Shown one piece after another: positions 30,289-39,576 of a stretch of DNA of 64,000 nucleotides. The position numbers were made by a program, and so were the translations under genes. The stretch lies in the NCBI GenBank assembly GCA_019634055.1, contig JAHQVZ010000098.1, positions 3,246 through 67,245 on the forward strand. The letters are read 5' to 3'. The stretch is from Leptolyngbyaceae cyanobacterium MAG.088. Its GTDB lineage: Bacteria; Cyanobacteriota; Cyanobacteriia; Phormidesmidales; Phormidesmidaceae. The first letter of the stretch is position 1; each line of letters begins with the position of its first letter. Under the pieces are notes generated by a model, which worked only from the letters and a program-made list of their open reading frames with translations, made no database searches and was not told where the DNA came from.

Positions 30289-30849
30289 TTGACTATGACC
30301 GCATCTAAAGGCAAGGAAACACTATCAGACTTTCAACGAAACTTTCTCAATATTTTCGTTGTTCTGGGGTCTGGGTTACTTTGCCTATTGCTCTCACCGA
30401 TGCGATTTCCTGGGATTGAACTTTTGAATGTGGCTCCCAATTGGTTACTCATATGGGTAGTTATTTGGAGTATCCATCACCCCATCATTGATGCTGCGAT
30501 CGCAGGCACTGTGCTGGGATTACTTCAAGATGGCCTGACAGGACCCTTTCCTACCCATGCCTTAAGTCTAATGTTGGTAGGGATGCTAACAGCACGCTTA
30601 CAACGCCAGCGGATTATTCAAGAAAATGTTGTTTTGGTGGCATTTATTGTCTTTGGCATGGCCGTAGTTGCCGCTACGATAATTGCCTTGCAAATGACCT
30701 TTCAACATGTGCTATGGCCAAACTCGCCTTACCTTAGCCTTTGGCAAATTTGGCGCACTCACCAACGCGTGGCTCTAAGTTCAGCAATTCTAAGCAGTTT
30801 GTGGACACCTGCTCTTTATTACCCCCTACATCGGTGGTGGAAAAGCTAA
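30289..30849 (+). CDS. mreD: rod-shape-determining protein MreD
   Basis: It lies 10 nt after mreC and is a polytopic membrane protein of MreD size. The call rests mainly on position. Confidence 0.72.
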   Translation: MTMTASKGKETLSDFQRNFLNIFVVLGSGLLCLLLSPMRFPGIELLNVAPNWLLIWVVIWSIHHPIIDAAIAGTVLGLLQDGLTGPFPTHALSLMLVGMLTARLQRQRIIQENVVLVAFIVFGMAVVAATIIALQMTFQHVLWPNSPYLSLWQIWRTHQRVALSSAILSSLWTPALYYPLHRWWKS

Positions 30850-30853
30850 CGGT

Positions 30854-31627
30854 TTAAGCAGCCTGTAACACTTGAAGCATATGTCTGCTTTGGATAGCCT
30901 TTAGCAATGTCGATTCAATTGCTGTTGGTTGATAGCGTTTTAGAAACTCATGGCTACGAATACCACCAGTCAATGCAACGGTAACGATCCCAGCACGCTG
31001 ACCAGCAATAATGTCTGCTTCAGTATCGCCAATCATGCAGGTGGGAAACGGGTAATACCCTTGTGCTTTCTGCGCCGAGATCGCCCGTTCTAGCAAGGCA
31101 ACCTTTTGTTCTGTGCGATTGAGATGGGCCGCATTAATATCGGAAGCACCGAAGATTTCATCAATGTGCTGACTCAGATCATTGGCCTGTAAGAATGCCT
31201 GCACCTGGCGTGGATGTCTCAGGGTAACTAATACCAGGCGAATGCCCATGCGTTTGAGCTGGTGTATGGCCGATTCAGCACCAGGCTGTAAGACATCCCA
31301 TTGCAACAGGTGGGGATGATTTACAATCCGCTGTACTTGTTGCAAAAACGTGTCTACTAAGTCTGCAGGAATCCCAGACCGAATCGCAATATCCGTATCG
31401 GCGACTCGATTCCGTTTCATCCACCAAAACTGATTTTTGGAAAGGAGTTGCAACGGCAATGCCTCACCAAAGTTTTCTTGATGGCTAGCCTGTAAGTTTG
31501 AAAGCCCCAGGCGATAGGTTCGATAGTAGCGCTCTGAAACATCTACAATCGGCCCATCAAAATCACAGAATAAAACCTGCTCAGAAGGCGCTTGAAACGA
31601 GGTCATTAGATTAATACTGTGCGGCAT
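30854..31627 (-). CDS. HAD-superfamily hydrolase
   Basis: It has motif I CDFDGPIVD, motif II VLVTLR (the family T/S residue), and a late GDTEADIIAG (motif IV). Confidence 0.8.
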   Translation of the reverse strand: MPHSINLMTSFQAPSEQVLFCDFDGPIVDVSERYYRTYRLGLSNLQASHQENFGEALPLQLLSKNQFWWMKRNRVADTDIAIRSGIPADLVDTFLQQVQRIVNHPHLLQWDVLQPGAESAIHQLKRMGIRLVLVTLRHPRQVQAFLQANDLSQHIDEIFGASDINAAHLNRTEQKVALLERAISAQKAQGYYPFPTCMIGDTEADIIAGQRAGIVTVALTGGIRSHEFLKRYQPTAIESTLLKAIQSRHMLQVLQAA

Positions 31628-31897
31628 AAAGGGAATTGGGATAGTCGTATTCCGGCATAATCTCTATGAAGGATTGCCAGCCCGCTTAATGTTTCTTTAC
31701 TTTATCAAGGCAAACCGGAACCTGCATCACCTGATTAAAAGAAAATAAAGTGTCACATGCCCTGGAGTACTGATGCAGTGACTATTTTCACTAGAGAATA
31801 ACAATTGCCGTTAGCCCCCCAGCAAACCTGATATATCAGCGTCTGCGTTATCAAAAATCCACCAGTCTGCAATTATCTGCAATTAATTTATTTTAGG

Positions 31898-32347
31898 CTA
31901 CCCAGCGTGACGTTCTAGTACCAGTGTCACTGGGCCATCATTGTCAATAGTGACCTGCATATGGGCACCAAATATTCCTGTTTCTACCGTTAAACCACTC
32001 TGTAGCAGTTTATCTACAAACTTTTCATATAGCTTAACGGCCTGGGTCGGTGGAGCTGCCTGGTCAAAAGAGGGTCGGCGACCCTTGCGGCAGTCTCCAT
32101 AAAGGGTGAATTGACTGATAACTAGCAATGACCCTTGAATATCTTGAACTGATAAATCAAACCGATTTGAATCGGCTCCGGGAAAGAGTCTTAAGGTCAG
32201 GCATTTTTGGACCATCCAGTCGAGTTCTTGCTCTGTATCGGTTTCAGCGATCCCCACCAATAGATTTAAGCCACGGCCTATATGGCCGACCACTTCATTT
32301 TTCACAACGACTTGAGATGATGTAACCCGTTGAATAACAACGCGCAC
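31898..32347 (-). CDS. dtd: D-aminoacyl-tRNA deacylase
   Basis: It has the MRVVIQRV start, SQFTLYGD and GPVT motifs. Its GTG start overlaps the upstream TAG stop by 1 nt. Confidence 0.93.
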   Translation of the reverse strand: MRVVIQRVTSSQVVVKNEVVGHIGRGLNLLVGIAETDTEQELDWMVQKCLTLRLFPGADSNRFDLSVQDIQGSLLVISQFTLYGDCRKGRRPSFDQAAPPTQAVKLYEKFVDKLLQSGLTVETGIFGAHMQVTIDNDGPVTLVLERHAG

Positions 32348-33528
32348 TAGCTACCAAACCCCGTACCACGACTCTTGGACTCTAAACAAAAGCACTTCTC
32401 AATTTCAGCTTTGATGGCATCATGATCAAGATTTTGACCAATCAGCACGAGTTGAGTTTTCTGGGGCCGACCATTCCACTCTTCGTCCTCTAGCGAAAAG
32501 CGCTTGCCGCTGAGGTGGAAAATATGGCGTTTTTCACTCTCGTCAAACCACAAAATGCCCTTAGCACGAAAGACATTCGCTGGTAGTTTATTATCCAGGA
32601 AACGTTGAAACTTTCGAATTGCGAGAGGTTGATCACGGGCAATAGATACTGACGTGAACCCATCTACATCGAGATGGGAATGGCCATGGTCGTGCTCATG
32701 GTCATGGTCATGCTCACAATGGCCATGGTCGTGGTCACAATTTGCATGATCGTGATGTTCGTCGTCGTGGCTGTGCTTATGAGTATGGTCATGCTCACCG
32801 TGCTCATGGTCAGAATCATGGTCAGAACTCCCATGATCGTGGTGCTTGTGGTGAGCTCCATCTGATGCAAAGTACTTATCTGACTCAAACAGACCAACGC
32901 TCAAAATTAGTGGTAAAGGCACCTGGGACTGGGTCGTCCTTAAAATACGTGCACCTTCTTTGATATCGCGTACTTTCAGCTCTAGCGAATCGACATCAGC
33001 CTCGTCGACAAGATCTGTTTTATTCAGCAGAATAATGTCACCGTAAGCAATTTGATTATGGGCTGCTTCACTATTAAATAAATCGATGCTGTAGTTTTCT
33101 GAGTCTACCAGCGTCACAATGGAATCTAACCGTGTTAGGTCACGCAGCTCAGTGCCTAAGAACGTAAGCGCTACTGGCAGAGGGTCAGCCAACCCCGTGG
33201 TTTCTACGACCAGATAGTCAATTTTGTCCTTACGTTCTAATACCTTGTAAACAGCCTCTAGCAAGTCATTATTGATGGTGCAGCAAATACAGCCATTGCT
33301 CAGTTCCACCATGGTGTCGTCACCAGTGGTAACGAGCAAGTCATTATCAATACCAATTTCACCAAACTCATTCACCAACACTGCCGTTTTGAGGCCATCT
33401 TGATTGGTCAAGATATGGTTGAGCAACGTCGTTTTGCCGCTACCTAAAAAGCCAGTAATGATAGTTACGGGTAGGCCATGCTTAGAGTCGTCCATCTGTT
33501 TAGATGGTGCTGATATCGCAGCAGTCAT
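32347..33528 (-). CDS. COG0523-family (CobW/ZigA/YjiA-like) metallochaperone GTPase with a long His/Asp-rich insertion
   Basis: It has Walker [16 protein letters not shown], the GCICCT (CxCC) motif and NKTD. The His-rich segment is [60 protein letters not shown]. Confidence 0.9.
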   Translation of the reverse strand: MTAAISAPSKQMDDSKHGLPVTIITGFLGSGKTTLLNHILTNQDGLKTAVLVNEFGEIGIDNDLLVTTGDDTMVELSNGCICCTINNDLLEAVYKVLERKDKIDYLVVETTGLADPLPVALTFLGTELRDLTRLDSIVTLVDSENYSIDLFNSEAAHNQIAYGDIILLNKTDLVDEADVDSLELKVRDIKEGARILRTTQSQVPLPLILSVGLFESDKYFASDGAHHKHHDHGSSDHDSDHEHGEHDHTHKHSHDDEHHDHANCDHDHGHCEHDHDHEHDHGHSHLDVDGFTSVSIARDQPLAIRKFQRFLDNKLPANVFRAKGILWFDESEKRHIFHLSGKRFSLEDEEWNGRPQKTQLVLIGQNLDHDAIKAEIEKCFCLESKSRGTGFGS

Positions 33529-33627
33529 AGAGATTATTGGTGGGGTCGATGTGAGCTATTGCAGATTTATTATCTCGTATTTGTCAGAAAATGAGGTCTG
33601 AGCTTAAAGACTTTGTACACCAGATTA

Positions 33628-34071
33628 TTATCCTCGATTTTTTAGGGTCATCACCTCAACAATAGTTAGGGCTTGATCACTAGGAATTTCAAGAATACGG
33701 TAGAGATCGTCAAGAAATGCTTGCTCTTGGGGGGTAACACTACCATCGGCCAAGACTAAATCTGTGGCTAGGGCAAATGCTGTTGGTTTGAGTTCAACGG
33801 GGAGTACGGCATTTGCGGCTTCTACCAATCGGCTAGGACCGTGCTGCTGTAGTTGCTGCAATAAGCCGTCTTTCATTCGGTTCACCATTTCCATGGAGTA
33901 ACTTTTGAAAAGGCGCATGCGGCTTAGTAACATATCCATCTCACGGCCTTCTTGATCGGAAAGGTAGCCATCAGCTGCGATCGCAACCAAGCAAATTGCC
34001 GCTAGCGCCTCCGCTGGACTTAGGGCCAACGATTCTGCCGACGGGTCAAACACCTTATCAAATAGCCCCAT
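33628..34071 (-). CDS. TerB-like (tellurite-resistance-type) helical protein
   Basis: Two repeats of the pattern A.ADG.....E...L (IAADGYLSDQEGREM and VLADGSVTPQEQAFL) are typical of TerB-like domains. Confidence 0.65.
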   Translation of the reverse strand: MGLFDKVFDPSAESLALSPAEALAAICLVAIAADGYLSDQEGREMDMLLSRMRLFKSYSMEMVNRMKDGLLQQLQQHGPSRLVEAANAVLPVELKPTAFALATDLVLADGSVTPQEQAFLDDLYRILEIPSDQALTIVEVMTLKNRG

Positions 34072-34232
34072 AACACCCTCACAAATAAAACTTGGCCTCG
34101 ACTATGAGACCAAACTTATTGTGAAACATCATGGAAACAAAAAGGAGACGCTATTTCAGCATCTCCTCAATTTAACTTTAGCCACAAATTACATTGAGCC
34201 AAACACTAGGGAAATCAACGTAGAACTGATCC

Positions 34233-34655
34233 TTAGGCTATTTGACGCATCTCATCTTCTAATTGCTGTAGCAGATTTATGTTGCCTTGCTCACGGGCCA
34301 CAGCAATGCGGTGCTCTAAGGAGCGTTGAATACTCTCGCTATGACTGCGTGCCGATTCACGCAGTAGTTGACGACGCTCATCCATTAACGGTGTGAGCTC
34401 TGCCAACTTACGCTGAAATGCCGAAAAAACTGACTTATTATCAGCTAGAGCAACTGTCTGACGTCCACCATGGCGGTTAGTTTGATAAGCAGCACCGCGA
34501 TAGGTTAACTGTGCTTGAGGCTGCGGGAATGGAATATGGCGCACATAGGTATAACAATGCTGGCGGCCCCGATAATTGCAAAGAATATCGCTCTCAGAAA
34601 CCTCTAACATAGGCAGACTGTGGTCGTATTTGACACCACGGTAAGTAAGTTTCAT
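34233..34655 (-). CDS. DUF4278-family protein
   Basis: It has the MKLTYRGVKYD start and a second LTYRGAAYQ repeat, as in cyanobacterial DUF4278 proteins. Confidence 0.72.
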   Translation of the reverse strand: MKLTYRGVKYDHSLPMLEVSESDILCNYRGRQHCYTYVRHIPFPQPQAQLTYRGAAYQTNRHGGRQTVALADNKSVFSAFQRKLAELTPLMDERRQLLRESARSHSESIQRSLEHRIAVAREQGNINLLQQLEDEMRQIA

Positions 34656-34941
34656 AAGTGTGTCTCTCCTGAATGAGCACTGGTGTTAGTGCGTTCCTTC
34701 GGGCAGACCAATACAGCCTATGGGACAATGGATGTACCAGCTAAACCCTACTTCCGTCTCATCGCCGAATAAAGGACGAATCAGTGGAGATGAACGAGGA
34801 TGTTTTCTGTATCTATTTTTACCGTTTAATGCTTACATCAGCAACTCCTGATATTTAATGCTTAAAACTCTGGGCGTTATTGATATCAGGCTGTTTCAGG
34901 GTTTTATAGGTTATTTCAGATGTAAATTGTGTTAAAACTTC

Positions 34942-34979
34942 ATGACTTTGATAGCCATGGCTCAGACTATCAAAGTCAT
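34942..34979. promoter_or_regulatory. 13-bp perfect inverted repeat upstream of the PTPS-like gene
   Basis: ATGACTTTGATAG-N12-CTATCAAAGTCAT, about 150 nt upstream of the ATG at 35130. Confidence 0.3.
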
Positions 34980-35129
34980 CTATGGAGTAAAGGTATAGCC
35001 TTCAAAGGCGTTTCTCTCGCTAGCTAAACTAGTAGATTCCGGCTCACAGCATTGCTTGTTCATGGTCTATGCTAAAAAGAAACTTTTTAGCAAAAGTTAA
35101 TATTTGATTTTGCTGTTTCTTGTGTCGCT

Positions 35130-36017
35130 ATGAAATGCACCATTAACCGTCGGGCTCAGTTTTCCGCCAGCCATCGATACTGGTTGCCTGAGCTGAGTGA
35201 TGCTGATAATCAGGTGAAATTTGGCCTATGCACCCGCGCTCCAGGGCATGGTCATAACTATGAGTTATTCGTCTCTATGGCAGGAGACTTAGACGAATAT
35301 GGCATGGTGCTTAATTTGTCTGATGTCAAAAAAGTCATCAAGCGTGAAGTTACCGGTCAACTTGATTTTTCCTACTTAAATGATGTTTGGCCTGAATTTC
35401 AGATTGAGCGACCTAACGCAGGTCTGCCGACAACGGAGAACATTGCCCGCGTAATCTGGCAGCGGCTTGCTCCCCACTTACCCATTACTAACGTTCAACT
35501 GTTTGAAACATCTACACTTTGGGCCGACTATCAAGGAAATGCTATGGAAGCTTATTTGACTATTTCTACCCACTTCAGTGCCGCTCATCGTTTGGCATTA
35601 CCGACGCTGACCCTAGAGCAAAACAGTGAAATCTATGGTCTTTGCGCTCGTGAAAATGGCCATGGCCATAACTATCACCTGGAAGTGACCATCAAGGGTG
35701 AAATGGACCCACGGACAGGCATGATTGCTGATCTGGTGGAGTTTCAGAATGCGGTCAAAGCCCATGTGGTTAAGCCCTTTGATCACACTTTTTTAAATAA
35801 GGATATTCCCTACTTTGCGGAAGTCGTTCCCACTGCTGAAAATATCGCTGTTCATATTCGCGATCTGCTGAGGGAACCCATTAAAAATATCGGTGCAAGC
35901 CTGCATAAGGTGAAATTGATTGAAAGCCCCAATAACTCGGCTGAAGTTTACTGTGAAGAGCCTGCTGAATCTAACACTCCAAAATCAGTAGCAACTCCAG
36001 AACTGGCTGCGGTTTAA
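35130..36017 (+). CDS. tandem-domain 6-pyruvoyl-tetrahydropterin synthase / QueD-like protein
   Basis: There are two PTPS-type halves. Each has the SA.HR motif (FSASHRYW / FSAAHRL) and LC.R..GHGHNY (LCTRAPGHGHNYEL / LCARENGHGHNYHL). Confidence 0.85.
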   Translation: MKCTINRRAQFSASHRYWLPELSDADNQVKFGLCTRAPGHGHNYELFVSMAGDLDEYGMVLNLSDVKKVIKREVTGQLDFSYLNDVWPEFQIERPNAGLPTTENIARVIWQRLAPHLPITNVQLFETSTLWADYQGNAMEAYLTISTHFSAAHRLALPTLTLEQNSEIYGLCARENGHGHNYHLEVTIKGEMDPRTGMIADLVEFQNAVKAHVVKPFDHTFLNKDIPYFAEVVPTAENIAVHIRDLLREPIKNIGASLHKVKLIESPNNSAEVYCEEPAESNTPKSVATPELAAV

Positions 36018-36022
36018 CGATA

Positions 36023-36069
36023 TTTATGTTTCGGAATGATTCGCTAGGACAATCTTTCCGAAACATAAA
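36023..36069. terminator. 14-bp perfect hairpin between convergent genes
   Basis: TTTATGTTTCGGAA-N19-TTCCGAAACATAAA, placed between the PTPS stop (36017) and the stop of the 36095..36658 gene. Confidence 0.5.
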
Positions 36070-36094
36070 CGGAGCTGACTGCATAGTCCCTTTC

Positions 36095-36658
36095 TTATCC
36101 GGGCCACTGCATAAGGCCTTTCTTTACACTGGGGTTCCAAGTCCAGTTAGAGCAGTCGTCGATCGCCTGCTCTAACTGGGCTGAATAGCGCCTGAAATCA
36201 TACACATATGGCAACTCACCAGATATCTCATCTGAGTTTAGATATTGCACCTCGTCCAATCTGGCCGCAAGCCTCAAGACCTTGCCCCAATGCTCCATCA
36301 GCACCGCGTGGGAAAATGCTATCAACTCTTTAATCAGATGATCAACGCCGCATTTTCGTATCCTGTCGTAGTCGCCTTGGCCACTTCCAGACGTCAACTT
36401 AGTTAGGATGGCGCTGATCTCCACATCCCTCTGTTCGTGAATGGTTTCGCCGACAACGCCGGCCACTGCGATAGCCCCATCTTGAGCATTTACTATCAAT
36501 GGAAGGGATGCCTGCAGTGGGTCGAAGTTGTAGCGATGGACTCGCCCAGTTCCGTCAGGATTGATTCTGACTCCATTGATTACGATGCCGAAAGCCTTAT
36601 ACAGGCAGCAGTGGCTAGCTTCATGGATGGCGGGTAGAGATATTTCTGTTTTAACCAT
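36095..36658 (-). CDS. stand-alone FtsH-like (peptidase M41-type) HExxH domain protein, with no AAA+ or TM region
   Basis: AIHEASHCC parallels AYHEVGHAM of the FtsH in this window. Later segments (VRINPDGTG, AVAGVVGE, SGSGQGDYDR) follow the same order as the FtsH protease domain. Confidence 0.6.
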   Translation of the reverse strand: MVKTEISLPAIHEASHCCLYKAFGIVINGVRINPDGTGRVHRYNFDPLQASLPLIVNAQDGAIAVAGVVGETIHEQRDVEISAILTKLTSGSGQGDYDRIRKCGVDHLIKELIAFSHAVLMEHWGKVLRLAARLDEVQYLNSDEISGELPYVYDFRRYSAQLEQAIDDCSNWTWNPSVKKGLMQWPG

Positions 36659-36797
36659 CGTCTCTACCTCCCATAAAAAACTACCGCCAGTCTAGCAGGA
36701 GCTAAGAACAACCTCTTCTCGTTGAGTTTGTTCTTAGGGGTCGCCTACGTTAAGGAAGCTGTGCCTCCTATGTTAAGACGTTCAATGGTGAGCGGCT

Positions 36798-37340
36798 TTA
36801 TTGCTTTAAGGGGACAGTTACACGCTTACGTAACGATTGTGCACGACGTTTAGCGGTAGCGTTGTCGGGCTCAATTTTGAGAGCCTGATCGTAACTTTCT
36901 AAGGCTTGCACTGTCAGTTGCTTCTTTTCATAGCTATGGCCCAGATTATTTAAGGCAGTTACATAACCAGGGGCGATTTTTAAGGCGGCTTTGTACTGAC
37001 GAATGGCTAAATCAAATTGACCCTGGGCAAAGTAGGAATACCCCAAAGCGTTATAAATAAGCGGTGCGTTTTCCGATTCTTCTTCTTCTTGAAGCGCTTT
37101 TAAGGCCTGCTGTAGATAGAGGGCTGACTGGGAAAAGAGCTTTTTGTCTAGCAGTAAACTGCCCAACTCATAGTATTCCTGGGCAGTTCCTTTTTCCTTA
37201 GTGAGCTTTTTCTGCAAGCGACCTAGAGTCATCTCAATGCGGCGAGTCTTAAATACCTGGCGAATAATAAAAAAGGCCGTAATCCCTAGCAGGGAGATAA
37301 GAATGCCCAGGTATGTCAAAAATAGGGTGCTATTTTCCAT
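36798..37340 (-). CDS. N-terminally anchored TPR protein, Ycf37-like
   Basis: 180 aa with one N-terminal TM (LGILISLLGITAFFIIRQVFKTRR) followed by three TPR-like repeats (YELGSLLL..., YNALGYSYFAQGQFDLAIRQYKAAL, LNNLGHSYEKK...). Confidence 0.7.
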   Translation of the reverse strand: MENSTLFLTYLGILISLLGITAFFIIRQVFKTRRIEMTLGRLQKKLTKEKGTAQEYYELGSLLLDKKLFSQSALYLQQALKALQEEEESENAPLIYNALGYSYFAQGQFDLAIRQYKAALKIAPGYVTALNNLGHSYEKKQLTVQALESYDQALKIEPDNATAKRRAQSLRKRVTVPLKQ

Positions 37341-37400
37341 GAACTCGCTTACTTGGTTAGTGAGTGTGTTTGCTGTGTGGCATTTATTCTCCCATGGTAG

Positions 37401-38183
37401 CTACTGTAAACCCCAATAGGTAGCTCGATCTTGTAACCAACCTTCGTCATCTAACTGGCGTAAAGCGTTATTGATGGCTCGACGTAAATTGCTGTACTGG
37501 GTGCCTTTAGGAATGGCGATCGCAACAGGCTCCACCGAAATCACGTCTGCTAGCAATCGGTAGCGATTGTCTTGCTGCTGCCACCCGGTCAACAACGATA
37601 CATCACCTGCAAAGGCATCTACCTGACGGTTATTTAATAGCGTAATTGCCTCTTGATAGGCAGGGACTGTTACGACCCTTGCCTCAGGTAGTTGATGGCG
37701 CACATGGGCCAAAGTGCTGGAATCGGCCAGGACTGCAATGCGACCAAAGGTGAGGTCGTTGAGGGTATTGATATGGGGGGCCGTGGTAATAAACCCGGTG
37801 CCATCTAAATAATAAGGGTCACTAAAGCTAGCAATGCGCTGACGTTGAGAGGTGACCGTAATGGCTGCGATCGCAACATCTACCTCGCCATTCACTACCA
37901 CATTTAATCGCTCCACATTATCTACGGGACGCAATTCTATAGCTGTTTCATCGCCCAGTAACTCAAGCGCCAGTCGCCGGGCAATTTCAATCTCAAACCC
38001 ATTGAGTTCTCCAGCAGCATTACGGTAGCCCAGCGGGAAGCGATTATCCTTAACCGCCACAATTAAGCGGCCACGGGTTTCAATCTCTTCTAGTTCCGCA
38101 GATACAGCAATCGGGGGTACAGTCACCTGCACCCCCAAAAGCAAACCTATGCCTAGAAAATTCTGCCAAATAGATCGCCGCAT
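37401..38183 (-). CDS. periplasmic solute-binding protein, family 3 (amino-acid ABC type)
   Basis: It has a signal peptide and typical SBP_bac_3 segments (GRLIVAVKDN.FPLGY, GFEIEIARRLA, DVAIAAITVT..R). It starts 9 nt after the rplT stop. Confidence 0.82.
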   Translation of the reverse strand: MRRSIWQNFLGIGLLLGVQVTVPPIAVSAELEEIETRGRLIVAVKDNRFPLGYRNAAGELNGFEIEIARRLALELLGDETAIELRPVDNVERLNVVVNGEVDVAIAAITVTSQRQRIASFSDPYYLDGTGFITTAPHINTLNDLTFGRIAVLADSSTLAHVRHQLPEARVVTVPAYQEAITLLNNRQVDAFAGDVSLLTGWQQQDNRYRLLADVISVEPVAIAIPKGTQYSNLRRAINNALRQLDDEGWLQDRATYWGLQ

Positions 38184-38192
38184 GTGGCGATA

Positions 38193-38546
38193 CTAGCCTT
38201 TCTTGCCAGCTAGCTCAACCACCTTAGTAAAGGTACCTGGATCTAAAACTGCCATTTGCGCTAGCATCTTGCGGTTAATCTGAATCTCTGCAGTTTTCAG
38301 ATCGCCAATCAAGCGGCTGTAGGTGGTGCCGTTTAGGCGAGCTGCTGCATTAATGCGCGTAATCCACAACCGACGAAAATCACGTTTCTTATTACGACGG
38401 TCGCGATAGGCATAGCGCAGGGCCTTCATTACCTGCTGATTTGCCGTTCGGAAGAGTTTAGAATGGGCTCCTCGATAACCCTTCGCAAGCTTGAGAATTT
38501 TCTTGCGGCGCTTGCGAGCTACATTGCCGCGTTTTACACGTGCCAT
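38193..38546 (-). CDS. rplT: 50S ribosomal protein L20
   Basis: It starts [26 protein letters not shown] and is 117 aa long. Confidence 0.97.
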   Translation of the reverse strand: MARVKRGNVARKRRKKILKLAKGYRGAHSKLFRTANQQVMKALRYAYRDRRNKKRDFRRLWITRINAAARLNGTTYSRLIGDLKTAEIQINRKMLAQMAVLDPGTFTKVVELAGKKG

Positions 38547-38608
38547 ACTAGGTCGTTATTAGCTAGAAAAACAATTGAACGTTTGTAAAGGTATTCCATG
38601 GAACACGT

Positions 38609-38806
38609 CTACAAATAGGGCATCATTCCTTCAATGTTAGGAACATCAGCATCTACCACAACCGCTTTTTTGGATAAACGGCTCTTGCGGTTAGTTGATT
38701 TATGCTGCAATAAATGATTTTTAAACGCCTTGCGACGCATAATCTTACCACTTCCGCTACGACGGAAACGTTTAGCAGCAGCCCGACGGGTTTTGAGTTT
38801 GGGCAT
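38609..38806 (-). CDS. rpmI: 50S ribosomal protein L35
   Basis: It starts [14 protein letters not shown], is 65 aa long, and lies immediately upstream of rplT. Confidence 0.97.
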   Translation of the reverse strand: MPKLKTRRAAAKRFRRSGSGKIMRRKAFKNHLLQHKSTNRKSRLSKKAVVVDADVPNIEGMMPYL

Positions 38807-38953
38807 GGTTTTGCGCTTATATTTACACGGTCTACTAGTCTACTACGTCTGTAAGCTCTGCTTCAATAGCCTAGCTAAAATCATTTGCGAGAGGAGACGT
38901 AATTCATAAAAAACAGATTAGGGTAAACGAAGTGTGAGCAGAAGGACACTACC

Positions 38954-39502
38954 ATGCGGCTAATTGTTTTAGGAGGCCCAGGCTCGGGCAAAGGGACTCA
39001 ATCCCAAAAACTCAGCAAGCATTTTGGTATTCCCTGGATTTCTACGGGGGATGTTCTGAGGGCGGAAATTGCCGCGGATTCTAAACTGGGGCAAGAGGTC
39101 TCTGAAACCCTTGCGAAGGGTGAACTTGTGCCAGATACATTGATGATTAATTTTATTAAGCAACGCCTCCAAAAATCTGATGCATCCCATGGTTGGATCT
39201 TAGATGGCTATCCTCGCACTGCGTTTCAAGCTGAAGAACTCGATTTTTTCCTAGACAGTCTACATACGCGAGTAGATTATGCTGTCTGGCTAGAACTCCC
39301 TACCCACACCTTGATTGAACGCTCCGAATATCGAGCAGCCATTGATGATAATCCTGACGCGCTGCGTCGTCGCATTGAGATGTTGGCTGAGAGAACCGTC
39401 CCGATGCTCGAATACTATGACTATCGTCAACGACTCTTGCGAATCGATGGTAATCAACTACCTGACGATGTGAAGCGAGATATTTTGGCAGGTATTGGTT
39501 AG
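38954..39502 (+). CDS. adk: adenylate kinase (short-lid form)
   Basis: It has the P-loop GGPGSGKGTQ, ISTGDVLR and GWILDGYPRT motifs. At 182 aa it has no zinc lid. Confidence 0.88.
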   Translation: MRLIVLGGPGSGKGTQSQKLSKHFGIPWISTGDVLRAEIAADSKLGQEVSETLAKGELVPDTLMINFIKQRLQKSDASHGWILDGYPRTAFQAEELDFFLDSLHTRVDYAVWLELPTHTLIERSEYRAAIDDNPDALRRRIEMLAERTVPMLEYYDYRQRLLRIDGNQLPDDVKRDILAGIG

Positions 39503-39576
39503 ATCGATTCTTTACTATTGTCTGCCCCCAACCTCTGGCACAATGACTCTGAATTGATTTTGTCTGATAAAGACCT

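Noticed and set aside
32660-32965. A repetitive CATGGTCATG-like DNA stretch with three overlapping ORFs on both strands (32664..32897, 32674..32865, 32742..32963). I briefly considered a tandem-repeat or CRISPR-like structure.
   Set aside because: It is the His/Asp-rich coding segment of the COG0523 gene (CAT/CAC/GAT/GAC codon runs). There are no regular repeat-spacer units.
33563-33575. A possible Zur/Fur box (AGATTTATTATCT) upstream of the COG0523 gene.
   Set aside because: Only 4-bp arms are palindromic (AGAT-N5-ATCT) and the DNA is AT-rich. The match is too weak without a PWM scan.
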